Assembly (NCBI GenBank): GCA_030390025.1
Contig: CM059431.1
Span: 112,284,001-112,348,000 of the forward strand
Direction of reading: 5' to 3'
DNA: 64,000 nt
Source of the DNA: Squalus acanthias
Lineage: Eukaryota
Shown: positions 37,005 through 49,732 of the stretch, piece after piece
Numbering within the stretch: position 1 is the first letter of the stretch
Layout: every line of letters begins with the position of its first letter
Translations under genes and position numbers: made by a program
Notes under the pieces: model-generated
Database searches by the model: none
What the model was told of the DNA's origin: nothing
The model's input: the letters and a program-made list of their open reading frames with translations, nothing else

Positions 37005-37741
37005 GGGGCTAGAAATTCGGTGCCTTAGCGCCTCCCGTTAGCGTCTCTGGGGGGCAATAACAGGGCGCTAAGGACTTACCGCCCGGGCGCGGCGATGTTA
37101 CCGCCGCCCGCGAAATTCACCTGGCGGTTTGCAACGGCGGTAACCCCTAGCACCATGATCTCCTACGCCCGGAGATCGTGACGTTATCCGGCTGCGCATC
37201 GCCCCGGGAGCGCCCCTGACCCAAAATTCATTTCCGCCCCCTGCAGCATCGCCGGGCGATGACACCAACAGCTGCAGGAGGCGTTGATCGGGAGGCCGGC
37301 CGCTTCGGGGGCCATACTTAAAGGTGAGGTGGCCGAGGCAGGTTAAAAAAATATCTGAAATGCTCTTTGTGGTTTTTTTTTGTTTTGTCGCCAGCCATCG
37401 ATCAGCCCGGCTCTCTGCTGCGGTGCCTCGGGCTGATCGGGCCGCATCGCGGCTGCCGTCGGGGACCAGGTAAGTTTTTTCCTTGTAGAGCCTGCAGCGA
37501 TGGCCCTTCCCTTTTAAGGGAGGGAAGGAGCCTTCCAATGGTGCAGCACTGCACAACTACCGCCCTGCCTGCTGCCTCTTGCGCTCCAGGAGTGAAGTGG
37601 AGGGCTTGATTTAGCTCCATTTCCTTCCTGGAGCGCAAAACCAAATTTTTGTAAAGTTGAGAAACGAATCCCTGGCGCTAATTTTCTCAACTTTTCAAAA
37701 AGTTAGTGCCCCAAACGGGGCGATAATGAATTTCTCTCCCA
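37005..37741. mobile_element. CpG-rich PIF/Harbinger-like MITE
   Basis: TIRs GGGGCTAGAAATTC / GAATTTCTCTCCCA; flanks TAT/TAG; subterminal GCGCCTCCCGTTAGCG shared with 44181 and 57234. Confidence 0.75.
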
Positions 37742-37823
37742 TAGTACGTACGTATATGAATTAACAACAGAAAACGCTGGAAAAACTCAGCAGGCCAGGC
37801 AGCATCCGTGGAGAGAGAAACAG

Positions 37824-37860
37824 AGTTAACGTTTCAGGTCGAAGACCCTTCGTCAGAACT
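37824..37860 (-). ncRNA. Minimal hammerhead ribozyme motif (family B) in a Penelope-like fragment at about 37763-37870
   Basis: Reverse complement: AGTT-CTGACGA-A-GGGTC(TTC)GACCT-GAAA-CG-T-T-AACT; palindromic AACGTT helix III. Confidence 0.8.
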
Positions 37861-38114
37861 GGAAAAAAGCAGGAAATGAAATAGATTTAATACATATATG
37901 AATGTTTTGGTACTTCCCATTTGAAAGCTTACTTTAGAGATGTTGCCTGAACAATCAGTATGCAGCAATCTACCAGTTAGGCAATCAGTTTGATTCGGTC
38001 TAAAACAGGGAGTCTGGAAGATGCAGTTTGTAAGCAAAGGCTTCGCTGCTGCATAGAAAGCTGTTAACAATATGAATAGTGTTATTCTTTTTTCACTCCA
38101 TCTTGAATCACCAT

Positions 38115-38530
38115 GAACAACGCCTTGCCTTTATATAGCATCCCTCACATCAGAAAGACATCTCGGGGAATTAAATAGGCATCGAGTGGGTGGGAAAAGA
38201 ATTGACAGAATGGAGTCAAGTGGCAGGACTGAAAGAGCAAGTGAAGAGAAAAGTTGTTGGTGGGTTTCTGAAAGCAGGAAAGGAGGAGGTAAGGCAGAGG
38301 GATTTCAGGAGGGAGCTCCCGAGGTCAGGGACCTGGTGGCTGAAAGAGCAATGGTGGAGCACAGAGGACAGGGAATGAGGAGTGAAGAGTGTGAGCAGGG
38401 GCAGAGGCTGTCGGAGAACACTCTGGTCAGCAGCGCTGAGGCTGTGGAGGCAACTGAAGGTGAGCATAAAGATCCTACAATTGATTCATAAGGGCATGGG
38501 AGCGAGTGAAGCCTAGCTAGGTTTAGGACA
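38115..38530 (-). mobile_element. Old L2-like 3' fragment
   Basis: TTGCCTTTATATAGCATC tail; GGGATTTCAGGAGGGAGCTCCCGAG (WNSLP-like on the minus strand). Confidence 0.5.
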
Positions 38531-39469
38531 TTGGAAGCCAAGATATGTGTAAAGTCACTGACTACACAGGGGAACATTTCCATTTATTACTTCAACACAT
38601 GAATGAGAGTGACATTTCTCCCATGACCAGAAGGATAAATTCACCAATAGAGCATAATCCCCACCCAGGAGAGTATTGTGCCCTGTGTGTCAAGGAGCGG
38701 CTTCAGTACAGAATAAGGAATAACAACATGAAAAAAAGGCTCCGTAATTAAAGTTAATTCCTGAATAAAGCTGGAAGGAAGCTTCAGCTTTCTCCTGATG
38801 TTCTAATGCTGGGTAATTAAAATGGCATTGTTAATGTTTTTAATCAGCCTAATTGTGAATGCGATTCTCGTTAAAGTGTTGTGACAGATTCGCAATCAAT
38901 CCGGGCAAATGAACTGGCACAAAAATAAATTCAGCAGAAGTATAAAACACCCCAAAAGACTTTGCTTCCCAGACCCGGTGACCCTATTAACAGCAAAAAG
39001 GGGCTGTGCAAGCAGAGAATAGAGATAAAAGACTTGCAATCTAGAGGAAATGATAGCAATCAGACCAGCACGCTGTCCTTTCACCTCCAGTCTGCGTTCA
39101 AAACCAACCCAGATTGGTGGGATGAATTTCAATCTTCTCTGCTGGCCGTAAGCATTCCTAAGTTAAATGAGTAGTTGGTCTCAACCCAGGAGCAAGATAG
39201 AGCAAGTACAAAACTGCATCTAATTTGGCACAAGCTGCCATTAAATCGCTTATTTGCTCAGAGGCCATAAGGACAATTCAGATATAAGTTAAAGCCGCTC
39301 AAACCAATTTAGTACAAGTTACTGTTGAAGTATGTGCTTTTTTTTGTGTTGTGGACTTATAATCTAGGCAATTGTTCGCGAGCAAAGGTGGAAAAATGTA
39401 GGTATTTGGGTGAAATTATTTGACATTCACTGAAAGTATCTGGCCAGTGTTAAAGTTATCAACAGGCGA

Positions 39470-40059
39470 CTAGACTTGACTATTCCAATGCACTCCTGGC
39501 TGGCCTCCCACCTTCTACCCTACGTAAACTTGAGGTCATCCAAAACTCGGCTGCCCGTGTCCTAACTTGCACCAAGTCCCGTTCACCCATCACCCCTGTG
39601 CTCGCTGACCTACATTGGCTCCCGGTTAAGCAACGCCTCGATTTCAAAATCCTCATCCTTGTTTTCAAATCCCTCCATGGCCTACCCCCTCCCTATCTCT
39701 GTAATCTCCTTCAGCCCCACAAACCCCCCCTCCCCCCCGAGATATCTGCGCTCCTCTAATTCTGCCCTCCTGAGCATCCCTGATTATAATCGCTCAACCA
39801 TTGGTGGCCGTGCCTTCTGTTGCCTGGGCCCTAAGCTCTGGAATTCCCTGCCTAAACCTCTCCGCCTCTCTACCTCTATTTTCTCCTTTAAGATGCTCCT
39901 CAAAACCTACCTCTGACCAAGCTTTCGGTCATCTGCCCTAATTTCTCCTTATGTGGCTCGGTGTCAAATTTTTGTCTTATAAAACTCCTGTGAAGCGCCT
40001 TGGGATGTTTTACTACGTCAAAGGCGCTATATAAATACAAGTTGTTGTTGTTGTTGTTG
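39470..40059 (+). mobile_element. L2 LINE 3' fragment
   Basis: RLDYSNALLAGLP..QNSAARVLT..; (TTG)n tail. Confidence 0.92.
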
Positions 40060-40677
40060 AAATAGCTACTCAAATGCAGCTCAAGCTTCACACTGGGAAT
40101 GCAAATTCACAAAATTTACCCTATGATGTGCAGTTTTAGTTCCCCGCTTTGAAAAGCACATCGATGCATTAGAGAAGCTTTCAAAAATTGAGAATGATAA
40201 TTCAGGACTGAGGGCTGTAAGTTACCAAGGGCGATTCATAGGACGGAACTCTCTTTTTTTTTGGTTAAAGGAAAGATTGAGATGCAAAGTAATCCAGATC
40301 TTTAAAATGCTGGGAGGAATCAACAATGTCGGTGCAAGCAGTTTACTTTATTTGGATCGTGAGCACAGAACCGGCACACAAATGCAAAATTTAGGTGTGT
40401 GGATTTTGCAGTACCTGCATTCCTGGCCTGGGAATGGTGCACAACGGGTCGTCCTCCCAACTACTTCCACATGGCCATGACCACTGAAACTTCCAGGACA
40501 CTCTAATTATGTGTCCTATGTAAACTTTTGATCAAACTGTGGCCTACCACGCAGAGCTCAGGCAATAGGAAAGGGGATCTTCTGTGCTGGTTAAAGAGCT
40601 GCACTAGCTATTTAAAAGGGAAGTGGCTATTTAAAGTGATGTTTCTATTGTACAGAAGGAAAGGAGCGCCTGATCAA

Positions 40678-41045
40678 TCATAGAATCATAGAAGATAGGA
40701 GCAGGAGTAGGCCATTCGGCCCCTCTAGCCTGCTCCGCCATTCAATGCGATCATGGCTGATCATCCAAATTCAGTACCCTGTCCCTGCTTTCTCCCCATA
40801 TCCCTTGATCCCTTTAGCCTTAAGAAATATATCTATCTCCTTCTTGAATCTATTTAATGAATTGGCCTCTACTGCCTTCTGTGGCAGAGAATTCCACAGG
40901 TTCACCACTCTCTGGGTGAAGAAATTCCTCCTCATTTCTGTCCTAAATGGCTTTACCCCTTATCCTTAGACTGTGACCCCTGGTTCTGGACTCCCCGACC
41001 ATCGGGAACATCCTTCCTGCATCTAGTTTGTCCTGTCCTGTCAAG
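40678..41045 (-). mobile_element. CR1 3' end
   Basis: GAATTCCACAGGTTCACCACTCTCTGGGTGAAGAAATTCC; (TTCTATGA)n tail. Confidence 0.85.
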
Positions 41046-41104
41046 TGATGAAGTGGCACATCAGAAGATCACCTTCTTTACAGATGCAGCAGGGGGTATG
41101 CTAT

Positions 41105-41471
41105 CCCTATCTCTGTAAGCTCCTCCAGCCCCACAACCCTCAGATATCTGCGCTCCTCCAATTCTGGCCTCTTGAGCATCCCCGATTTTAATCGCCCCCA
41201 CCATTGGCGGCCGTGCCTTTAGCTGCCTTGGCCCTAAGCTCATGAATTCTCTCCCTGAACCTCTCCATCTCTCTACCTCTCTCTCCTCCTTTAAGATGCT
41301 CTTTAAAACCTACCTCTTTGATCAAGCATTTGGTCATCTGCCCTGATATCTCCTTACGTGGCTCGGGGTCAAATTTTGTTTGATAACGCTCCTGTGAAGT
41401 GCCTTTTGACGTTTTACCACGTTAAAGGTGCTAGGCAAATACAAGTTGTTGTTGCTGCTGCTGCTGCTGCT
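41105..41471 (+). mobile_element. L2 LINE 3' end
   Basis: Same tail family as the other L2 copies; ends in (TTG)n/(CTG)n. Confidence 0.88.
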
Positions 41472-42114
41472 GGAAGTGAGTGAAAGGATCATTGCCCAAT
41501 TTGTTACCCTCCCCTTTAGGGTGTATCTGGGAGGAGGTGATGGCAGGAATAAATGCCATTTGTACCAGCTACAGGACATGGGAGCAATTGAGAAAGAAAA
41601 TAGCAGATCTTAAATAGCTGCAAGGTAAGGCCGACCCAACATTTCTTTCTACCAAGTAGGTGAGCACAGTCTGCATGCCACAATTCATCTCAACCTGATG
41701 CACATTGACTGCTGCCCCTGCAGAGCACTCACTCAACCTGACAGCTCTGTTAATTAGAACTTAATGGGTAGGAAACGGTGGGGCTGCACACCTGGCACAT
41801 GCCGGCATGCTGTATATGCACTCTGAGCATGTGAAGCCCTCCACCAAGAATGCTAAAGATGAAAATGTAACCTAATGTCTCTTGTGCGCGCTCATGGCAC
41901 ACTTGCGTTTCTAGCTAGTCAGAAGTTTCTGCAGCAAAGTTCTCTTGGTCAGTGTGTGCGTTATTCTCCGGTCTTGCTGGTGGGATGGTTTCCTCCTCCT
42001 CCTCCTGCATATTTAGTGCTCTTTCTATTGCAAATTTGTGGAGCATGTAGATCATGATGAGCTTGGTGACCTTGGTGAGCTGTACTGCAAGGAATCCCCT
42101 GATTATTTTTTTTT

Positions 42115-42890
42115 ACATAGAAATTACAACATAGAAATGTATCATTCGGCCCACCGTCTTGGTGGCTATCCTCCGCACAAGCAATGGTCCTAATTTTATG
42201 TACCCATCGCGTTCCCATATCTCCCTTCCCTTCAATCACCTATCTACCTATCTTTAAGTGTTGCCATGGTCTTTGCTTCGGTCACTAACTGTGGTTGTGC
42301 ATTCCACAGCCTCACAACCCCCTGCAAAAAATGTTCTTCCTGCTCTCTGTCCTAAGTTGTATTAATCGTACATTTATGACTCCTCATTCGAGACTCCTCA
42401 ATCACTGGAAACAGTCTGTTACATTTACATTGTCCTATCCCGCCATCATTTCAAACACCTCTATGAAATCACCTTGAAATCTCCTCTGTTTTAATGAAAA
42501 CAGACCCAATTTTCCAAGTATGTCTTTGTATTTCACACCTGGCAGCATCCTCGTGAATCTGTGCTGTACTCTCTCTCTATTGCTTCAACATCCTTCCTAT
42601 ATGTGTGAAGCCCAAAACGGGATACAGTACTCCAACTGTGGTCTTAGTAAAGTTTTATATGGATTCACCATTACGGCTCAACCTTTATATTCTACAGCCA
42701 GTATTTCATTTGTTTTTTGTATGGCCTTATCCATTTGAGGTGCTGCTTTTAATGTCTTGTGAACCTGAACCCCCAAATCCCTCTGTTCTTCCACATCACC
42801 CAATTTTCCCCATTCAATGTATAATTATTACTTTAATTTATTTTACCAAAATGTGCCGTCTCACATTTACTGACACTGAATTCCATGACA
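42115..42890 (-). mobile_element. Old CR1 3' fragment
   Basis: CAGTACTCCAACTGTGGTCTTAGTAAAGTTTTATAT (YKTLLRPQLEY on the minus strand). Confidence 0.65.
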
Positions 42891-42899
42891 TGTTGAGGT

Positions 42900-43690
42900 A
42901 TATCAATTGTTACTTCGTGATGGGAATAGTATTCTCTAATAATGATCCTGGCAGCTGCATGAGCCTCATTGTATCTATACTCTGCTCAAACCAGGGATGG
43001 TGCTAGCGTGCCATCAGCCATGGCTGCAAATGATCACCTTGGTCAATGAGAAACCGACCCTGCCGTCTACATTCACTTTCCTCATAAGCATGGGACCAGA
43101 TAATTGTCTGAGACTGAAAGCTTCATGGATGCTGTCTGGGAAGTGGGGTCGTTGGTCACTGGTCAGCTGCACATTGAAGAAGTAGAACCCCTATTTCTGG
43201 ATACGTAGGCTACAACATTGTGCAAAAAGGCCTTAATGCGCATATAGGTGCCATCAATGAGGTTGTGAAAAGCACTATTTAAATGCAAGTTCTTTCTTTC
43301 TATCAATGACCCCCTGAACTTTGGGGAGTCCAGCAATGTGGGGAAATTAAGCCGCTGTGTCATGCTGCTGTTGGCAATAGGTCAGGAAGAAGCAGGAATT
43401 GCTGGCCCAGCCGAACAATGTATCAGTCACTTGGTTGATGCATCTGTAGGCAGCAAATTGTCTGAAGTTGCAGGTGATCCTTATGGTAGCCTGTGGGAGG
43501 AAACAGAAGCATAACAGCTGAGGGTGGAGATGACCTTCATTGCCACTGGCGATGCTGTACCTGCAGTGGAGGCTACAGCTCTGCAACTGCCTCCACGCTC
43601 ACTCAAAGCCTATGGAGGCAGTTCCATTTGGTCATCGTCGAGCAGATCTGTCGGAGGCTGCAGATACAGTTTGCGCCTTAATGGTGGGTG
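42900..43690 (-). pseudogene. Decayed PIF/Harbinger (HARBI1-like) transposase
   Basis: SPVAMKVISTLSCYAS, QFAAYRCINQVTDTLF, IAGLPKVQGVID/GTYMRIKA, FNVQL, LQPWLM, RYNEAHAAAR. Confidence 0.75.
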
Positions 43691-44180
43691 TGTAAAGTCT
43701 GGCTCTGTTGACAGCTGATCTCCCTCTTTCATCGTCTTTCATTTCAAGCATTACAAATTGTGTTTGTGTGCTTTAGTAGCAAACCCGAACATTGCTAAAA
43801 AAAAAAATGCCATGGCAAAAAATAACTCTGTTGCTTTTAAAAGCTCCTCTTTCCACGTGTGAGAATTCAGCTGGGGTTTAACACACATTTTGAATGGGCA
43901 GAATTAATGTTGAATGGGACTTCTGCCCATTTTTGGAAAATCCATGGCTTCTGCTCTCATTTGGATACAGTAAGCATACATAATCACACTCTTGCAAATT
44001 CTGGCTGGCCAGAAAATTGTGCGGAGCATATTTGAAATGGGACCTGGCAGAATGTTGGATATAACAGCGCTCGCCGTTCATTGCGTTTACAGCTGCCCAC
44101 AGTCTTTTCGTGGGCTTTTGCACGGCCACTTATGGTCATTGGGAGGGGCTCTGTGGCGTGTGTGAGCAGAGCAAGCAACA

Positions 44181-44820
44181 GGTGGCTAGAAATTCGGTTC
44201 CTTTGCGCCTGCCGTTAGCTCCTCCGGGGGGTGCTAATGAGGCACAAAGAGCTTATCGCCGGGGGGGGGGGCAAAAAAAGTGACCCGAGAAATTTGGCGG
44301 AGCGTTGCTAAGGCGCTATCGAATAGCGCCGCGCCCCCGCTGGTAGCGCCCTGGGCCGCTGCGTCGCTGGCGATGATGTCATCGCTGAGCGCCGCGACCC
44401 CTTAGCGCCCCGCCGCATCCCCGTGGCAAATATTTGCCTTGCGCCGTGAGGCTGCTGTGGGTGATGTCAGGTCAGCCCTCCTTGGTGGGCTGTGGCGTGG
44501 TCCTGGCCGCAATCACGCAGCCCGGCATCGCGTATCGGTGCCGGGCTGCAGCCAGGGCACCACGCCGCCCTGGTGGCCTAGTTGGGGCCATTGGAGGTCC
44601 TGCAGAGTGCGCTGCGGCCCTCCCCTTTAACTGAAGGGGAGAGGCGTTGAAACGTGGGGGAGCGCTGCCGATCGCGCCCCAACATCACCTCGGTTATTGC
44701 CCCACCAGGAAGTGAAGCGCCCGATATTGCGCTCCACTTCCTGGGCGGAGCGGTAAGCCGAATTTAGCGGCCGGGGTGGTACTTCCGCGTCGAGCGCTAA
44801 ATATCCGGCCTTAATTCGGT
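44181..44820. mobile_element. CpG-rich Harbinger-like MITE, family of 37005-37741
   Basis: GGCTAGAAATTCGG..GCGCCTGCCGTTAGC left end. Confidence 0.7.
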
Positions 44821-45037
44821 CTCAGTCCTTCCTGCATTTATTTCCCAATCCTTAAATCTGATTGGTTAAGGATATACACTGTTGGTTGTCCTGTTCACTC
44901 AGATCCCAGAGGCCCTGTTTCCGTTGCTGCACCGTTATCAGCTCGCACTTTCAGCAACTTTGTGGGCAAAATTCTTTTGAGCTGAAGGGTGCAGGAAAAA
45001 GTCTAACTAGATGCCCTGCTGCGGCAAATTCTGGCCC
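44821..45037. mobile_element. Right end of a Harbinger-like element, family of 27030-27357
   Basis: Ends CAAATTCTGGCCC; shared internal blocks. Confidence 0.65.
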
Positions 45038-45552
45038 ATGACTGTTTGGGAGTGACGAACAAGGCTGCAATTCAAATTTAATGTTCTGATGATGGGGCTG
45101 ATTTTCCTGACATTTGCCTCCAGGAAATGCCTATTTCATGGGTACAAAGTGTTGGATAAGTCCTTTACCCTTTAAACAGATTCATAAAGCTAGAGATAGT
45201 AAAAGTTTGATAATTTACTTTGTTTATTATTGATAAAACATTAATCTTAAACACCATAAACAACCATACAGAGCAACGCACACTAGCCTTACATCTGATC
45301 ACTTACGTGCATAGATTTTGATGAGGAACTGTGAAGATGGCTTCTCCAAGCTTATTCACATCACTGGGTCTCGAAGGTAGCAAAAAGCTTTTCTTTCTTT
45401 CTAAGTAAAAACATGACATCTCTTTTTCTTTTATGGCTCTCTTCCTGCTGAATGCGACCCTCTCTGATGTTTTATGAGCACTTAGTCGTTCTAACCAATC
45501 ATCGTGAGAAGTCTCACAACACCAGGTTATAGTCCAACAGCTTTATTTGAAA

Positions 45553-45589
45553 TCACAAGCTTTCGGAGCACTGCTCCTTCGTCAGGTGA
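45553..45589 (-). ncRNA. Minimal hammerhead ribozyme motif (family A)
   Basis: Reverse complement: TCAC-CTGACGA-A-GGAGC(AGT)GCTCC-GAAA-GC-T-T-GTGA. Confidence 0.8.
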
Positions 45590-45674
45590 AGTGAAGAGAT
45601 GCATATAGGCACAGCATATATAGTCAGAGAACACTACTGACTATATATGCTGTGCCTATATGCATCTCTTCACT

Positions 45675-45711
45675 TCATCTGATGAAGGAGCAGCGCTCCG
45701 AAAGCTTGTGA
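45675..45711 (+). ncRNA. Minimal hammerhead ribozyme motif (family A)
   Basis: TCAT-CTGATGA-A-GGAGC(AGC)GCTCC-GAAA-GC-T-T-GTGA. Confidence 0.8.
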
Positions 45712-47375
45712 TTTCAAATAAAGCTGTTGGACTATAACCTGGTGTTGTGCAACTTCTCACATTTGTCCACCCCAGTCCAACACCGGCATCTCCACATCAT
45801 AACCAATCAAACAGTGATGAGAGGACCCATGCCTTTTCACACCATATTGTTACTTTCTGTCATTGCTTTTCCCCGAGCCATAGCTTTGTTATAAACCAGC
45901 CTTTGATGCACGCTTCTCATAGCAGCATATTGCCTTGTATATTTCAGCAATCTCCTGTGCTTGCACTACCTCCGCTGTAATGTGTTGTCAGCATCATTGA
46001 GGAGGAAAAGACAAGCTTTTCAAGAACATGATTTAAACCAATGCTGTCTACATTACTGTTTTGTATTTGTTAGAAACAAAAGTAATGTAAAAACATATCG
46101 ATATCCTTACACAAAGATCTGGAAATAGGGAAATAGGGAGCAGAGATCTGTTTCATTGCATCACCACCCATTTTTTTGTCCTGGCCCCGAATTTCCAGGG
46201 CTTTCCTTGTGGTGCAGAGGTGGACCTGTGGCCTGCAATGGGTACAGGGTCCATCGCTGTAATGTGAATGTGGGAGGAGGGGGTGTTACTGGTCTCCCAC
46301 CTCTCTCTCCTGTTGTTCATCTGTAAGACATCCAAATACAGGTGCATCCCACCAAACTAGAATTGGGCTTGCACTGGGAATTCCTCTCGCACTGGAGGAT
46401 CTGCGGGAGCCTGGAATGTGGCTGAATTTCCTTCCTCTTTTGCCAGTGCTAGGCCCCGCCAGAGGTTGGGCATGCACTGGGAGTGCCCCTGCACCATGTT
46501 AATGCCCAGACAGGTGCTCCTGGGCATAGACAGGTACAGTGTACTTTAGATGCATTTATCCAGTGCTGGGGCTGAGGGGGACCAGAAAAACCGGTAGGAT
46601 GTCTTCTAAAATCCCTTGTTTAAATCACAGTTTTATTGCTCACTCTCACTCAGAAATTATATATTTTTCTATATTGCAGGTATTTGCATGAGGCATTTTC
46701 ATCCCAACTGTATAATCAGGTCTGTAATTTGAAAGGGGATGAGAAAATCTAAATGAAGCTTACTGTTCTACATATTTTTAATTTATAAATATTTAATTCT
46801 ATTAAATTGTTAATATGTCTTTTTGTAATAAAATAACCAAGAGTGCTGTCTAAAATAATCACTACCAAGAATATTTTGGGTAATAGATAGCCTGTCAGCC
46901 ACATTACTAAATCACATTAATAATTTATTACTATTCATGTGGTGAGGGAAAGTGTCTGGTACATTTATATTAGTGTGAAAAAAAACTGTGAAGTAGTAGA
47001 AATTTTTAGTGTTCCAGTAACCAGATCTGCAAGAAGATCTGGTCTGTCCATGTGTACACCGTCAATTAGTTCACACTTTATCTTCCTGATCTCCCAAACA
47101 GCATTAAAACTGTTCACCGATTTTGACTACTTTATCGCACAGGTAGAAAGGAAATGTTGGACCGCAAATGAAAGCGAAGACACGATGGGGGGGAAAAAAA
47201 AGTGAATGAGAACAACGCCATAGGGGGAAAAAAATCCATTGAGAGAGCAACGGAGAAACAGGAATAGAAAAGAAGAAAGAATAATCAGAATGAGAGCAAA
47301 CCGTCAAATAGGAACGAATGAAAATAATAGGAATATGGGAAAAACAAAGGATCAAACAGTGAAATGAGAAGAAGA

Positions 47376-49732
47376 AAAGAAAGACTTGCATTTATATAGC
47401 GCCTTTCATGACCACCAGACATCTCAAAGCGCCGTATAGCCAATGAAGTACTTTTTTTTTTGACGTGTAGTCACTGTTGTAATGTAGGAAACACAGCAAC
47501 CAAATTGCACACAGCAAGCTCCCACAAACAACACTGTGACAATGACCAGATTATCTGTTTTTGTTATGTTGGTTGATAAATAAATATTGGCCAGGACACC
47601 GGGATAACTCCCGCTGCTCTTCTTCGAAATAGTGCCATGGGATCTTTTATGTCCACCTGAGAAAGCAGACGGGACCTCAGTTTAATGTCTCATCTGAAAG
47701 ACGGCACCTCCGACAGTGCAGCGCTCCCTCAGCACCACACTGGACATAACATAAGAACATAAGAAATAGGAGCAGGAGTAGGCCAATCGGCCCCTCGAGC
47801 CTGCTCCGCCATTCAATAAGATCATGGCTGATCTGATCCTAACCGCCAATCTACTATCTACTATCACAGAACCATCTCCTGCATCTAACAGAATTGCACA
47901 CACGAAATAGGAGCAGAATCAGGCTACACGGTCCCTGGGCCCGCTCCACTACCCACAGGGCCATGACCGATCCGAACCTAGACTCATGTCCAAATTCCTG
48001 CCCGCTCCCCGTAACCCTTAATGCCCTTTACTTCTAGGAAACTGTCTATTTCTGTTTTAAATTTAATTAATGTTGTAGCTTCTACAGCTTTTTGTGGCAG
48101 CATATTCCATGGACCTACCACCCTCTGAGTGAAGTAGTTCCTCCTCATCTCAGTTTTGAAAGAGCAGCCCCTTATTCTAAGACTATGTCCCCTAGTTCTA
48201 GTCTCACCCGTCATCGGGAACATCCTCCCCGCATCCACCCGATCCAACCCCTTCACAATCTTATATGTTTCAATAAGATCGCCTCTCATTCTTCTGAACT
48301 CCAATGAGTAGAGTCCCAATCTACCCAACCTCTCCTCATATGACCACCCCCTCATCCCCGGGATTAACCGAGTGAACCTTTTTTGCACTGCCTCGAGAGC
48401 AAGGATGTCTTTCCTTAAGTAAGGACACCAAAACTGTATGCAGTATTCCAGGTGCGGTCTCACCAATACCTTGTACAACTGAAGCAATACCTCCCTATTT
48501 TTATATTCTATCCCCCTAGCAATGAAAGCCAACATTCCATTTGCCTTCTTAATCACTTGCTGCACCTGCATACTAACCTTTTGAGTTTCGTGCACCAGGA
48601 CCCCCAGATCCCTTTGCACTTCAGTACTCTCCAGTTTCTTGCCATTAAGATAATAAATTGCTCTAGGATTTTTCCTGCCAAAGTGCATCACCTCACACTT
48701 TCCAGTGTTGTATTCCATCTGCCAAATCTCTGCCCACTTACTTAGCCTGTCTATGTCCCCTTGCAGGTTTTTTATGTCCTCCTCACTCACTACTTTCCCT
48801 CCCATCTTTGTATCATCTGCAAATTTTGATATGTTACACTTGGTCCCTTCCTCCAAATCGTTAATATAGATTGTAAAGAGTTGGGGACCCAGCACTGACC
48901 CCTGTGGAACACCACTAGTTACTGATTGCCAGTCTGAGAATGAACCATTTATCCCAACTCTTTGCTTTCTGTTGGATAGCCAATCCTCTATCCATGCCAG
49001 AATATTACCCCCAATCCCGTGATTTTTTACCTTAAGCAATAATCTTTTGTGTGGCACCTTGTCAAATGCCTTTTGGAAGTCTAAATACACTACGTCCACT
49101 GGTTCCCCTTTATCCACTCTATATGTTACTTCCTCAAAGAACTCCAGCAAATTTGTCAAACATGACTTCCCCTTCGTAAAACCATGCTGACTTTGTCCTA
49201 TTAAATTATGATTATCCAAATGTCCTGTTACTGTTTCCTTAATAATGGACTCCAAAATTTTACCTACCACAGATGTTAGGCTAACCGGTCTATAGTTACC
49301 AGCCTTCTGTCTACTGCCCTTTTTAAATAAGGGTGTTACATTAGCAGTTTTCCAGTCTGCCGGGACCTCAGCGGAATCCAGGGAGTTTTGAAAAATTATT
49401 ACCAATGCATCTACAATCCCTACCGCCACTTCCTTCAAGACTCTAGGATGTAAGCCATCAGGTCCAGGTGATTTATCCGCCTTGAGTCCCATTATTTTAC
49501 CGAGTACCACTTCCTTAGTGATTTTGATCGTGTTTAGCTCCTCTCCCCCTATAGCCCCCTGTTTGTCCAGTGTTGGGATATTCTTAGTGTCCTCTACTGT
49601 AAAGACTGATACAAAATATTCATTCAGTGTTTTTACCTAGATTTTTGTGCTCAAGTCCCTGGAGTGGGATCTGAAACCCACAAACCTCCTGACTCAGAGG
49701 CGAGGGTGCTACTCACTGAGCCACAGGCTGAC
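47376..49732 (-). mobile_element. DeuSINE split by a CR1 insertion (SINE parts 47376-47744 and 49626-49732)
   Basis: SINE sequence stops at CACTGGA (47744) and resumes AGTGT..GTGCTCAAGTC..GAGGGTGCTACTCACTGAGCCAC. Confidence 0.85.
47745..49625 (-). mobile_element. Young 5'-truncated CR1 LINE with an uninterrupted RT frame
   Basis: ORF 47984-49510 (508 aa) SPGPDG, NYRPVSL, YLDFQKAFDKV, PQGSVLGP, FADDTK, through to its natural stop; no endonuclease domain. Confidence 0.95.

Larger units (their letters stand above)
45504..45799 (+). mobile_element. Penelope-like element remnant: inverted pLTR pair plus 39-nt tail
   Basis: 124-bp arms 45504-45627 and 45637-45760 (5 mismatches), 9-nt loop, tail ending CCACATCA; TSD TAACCAATCA at 45492-45501 and 45800-45809. 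Confidence 0.9.
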
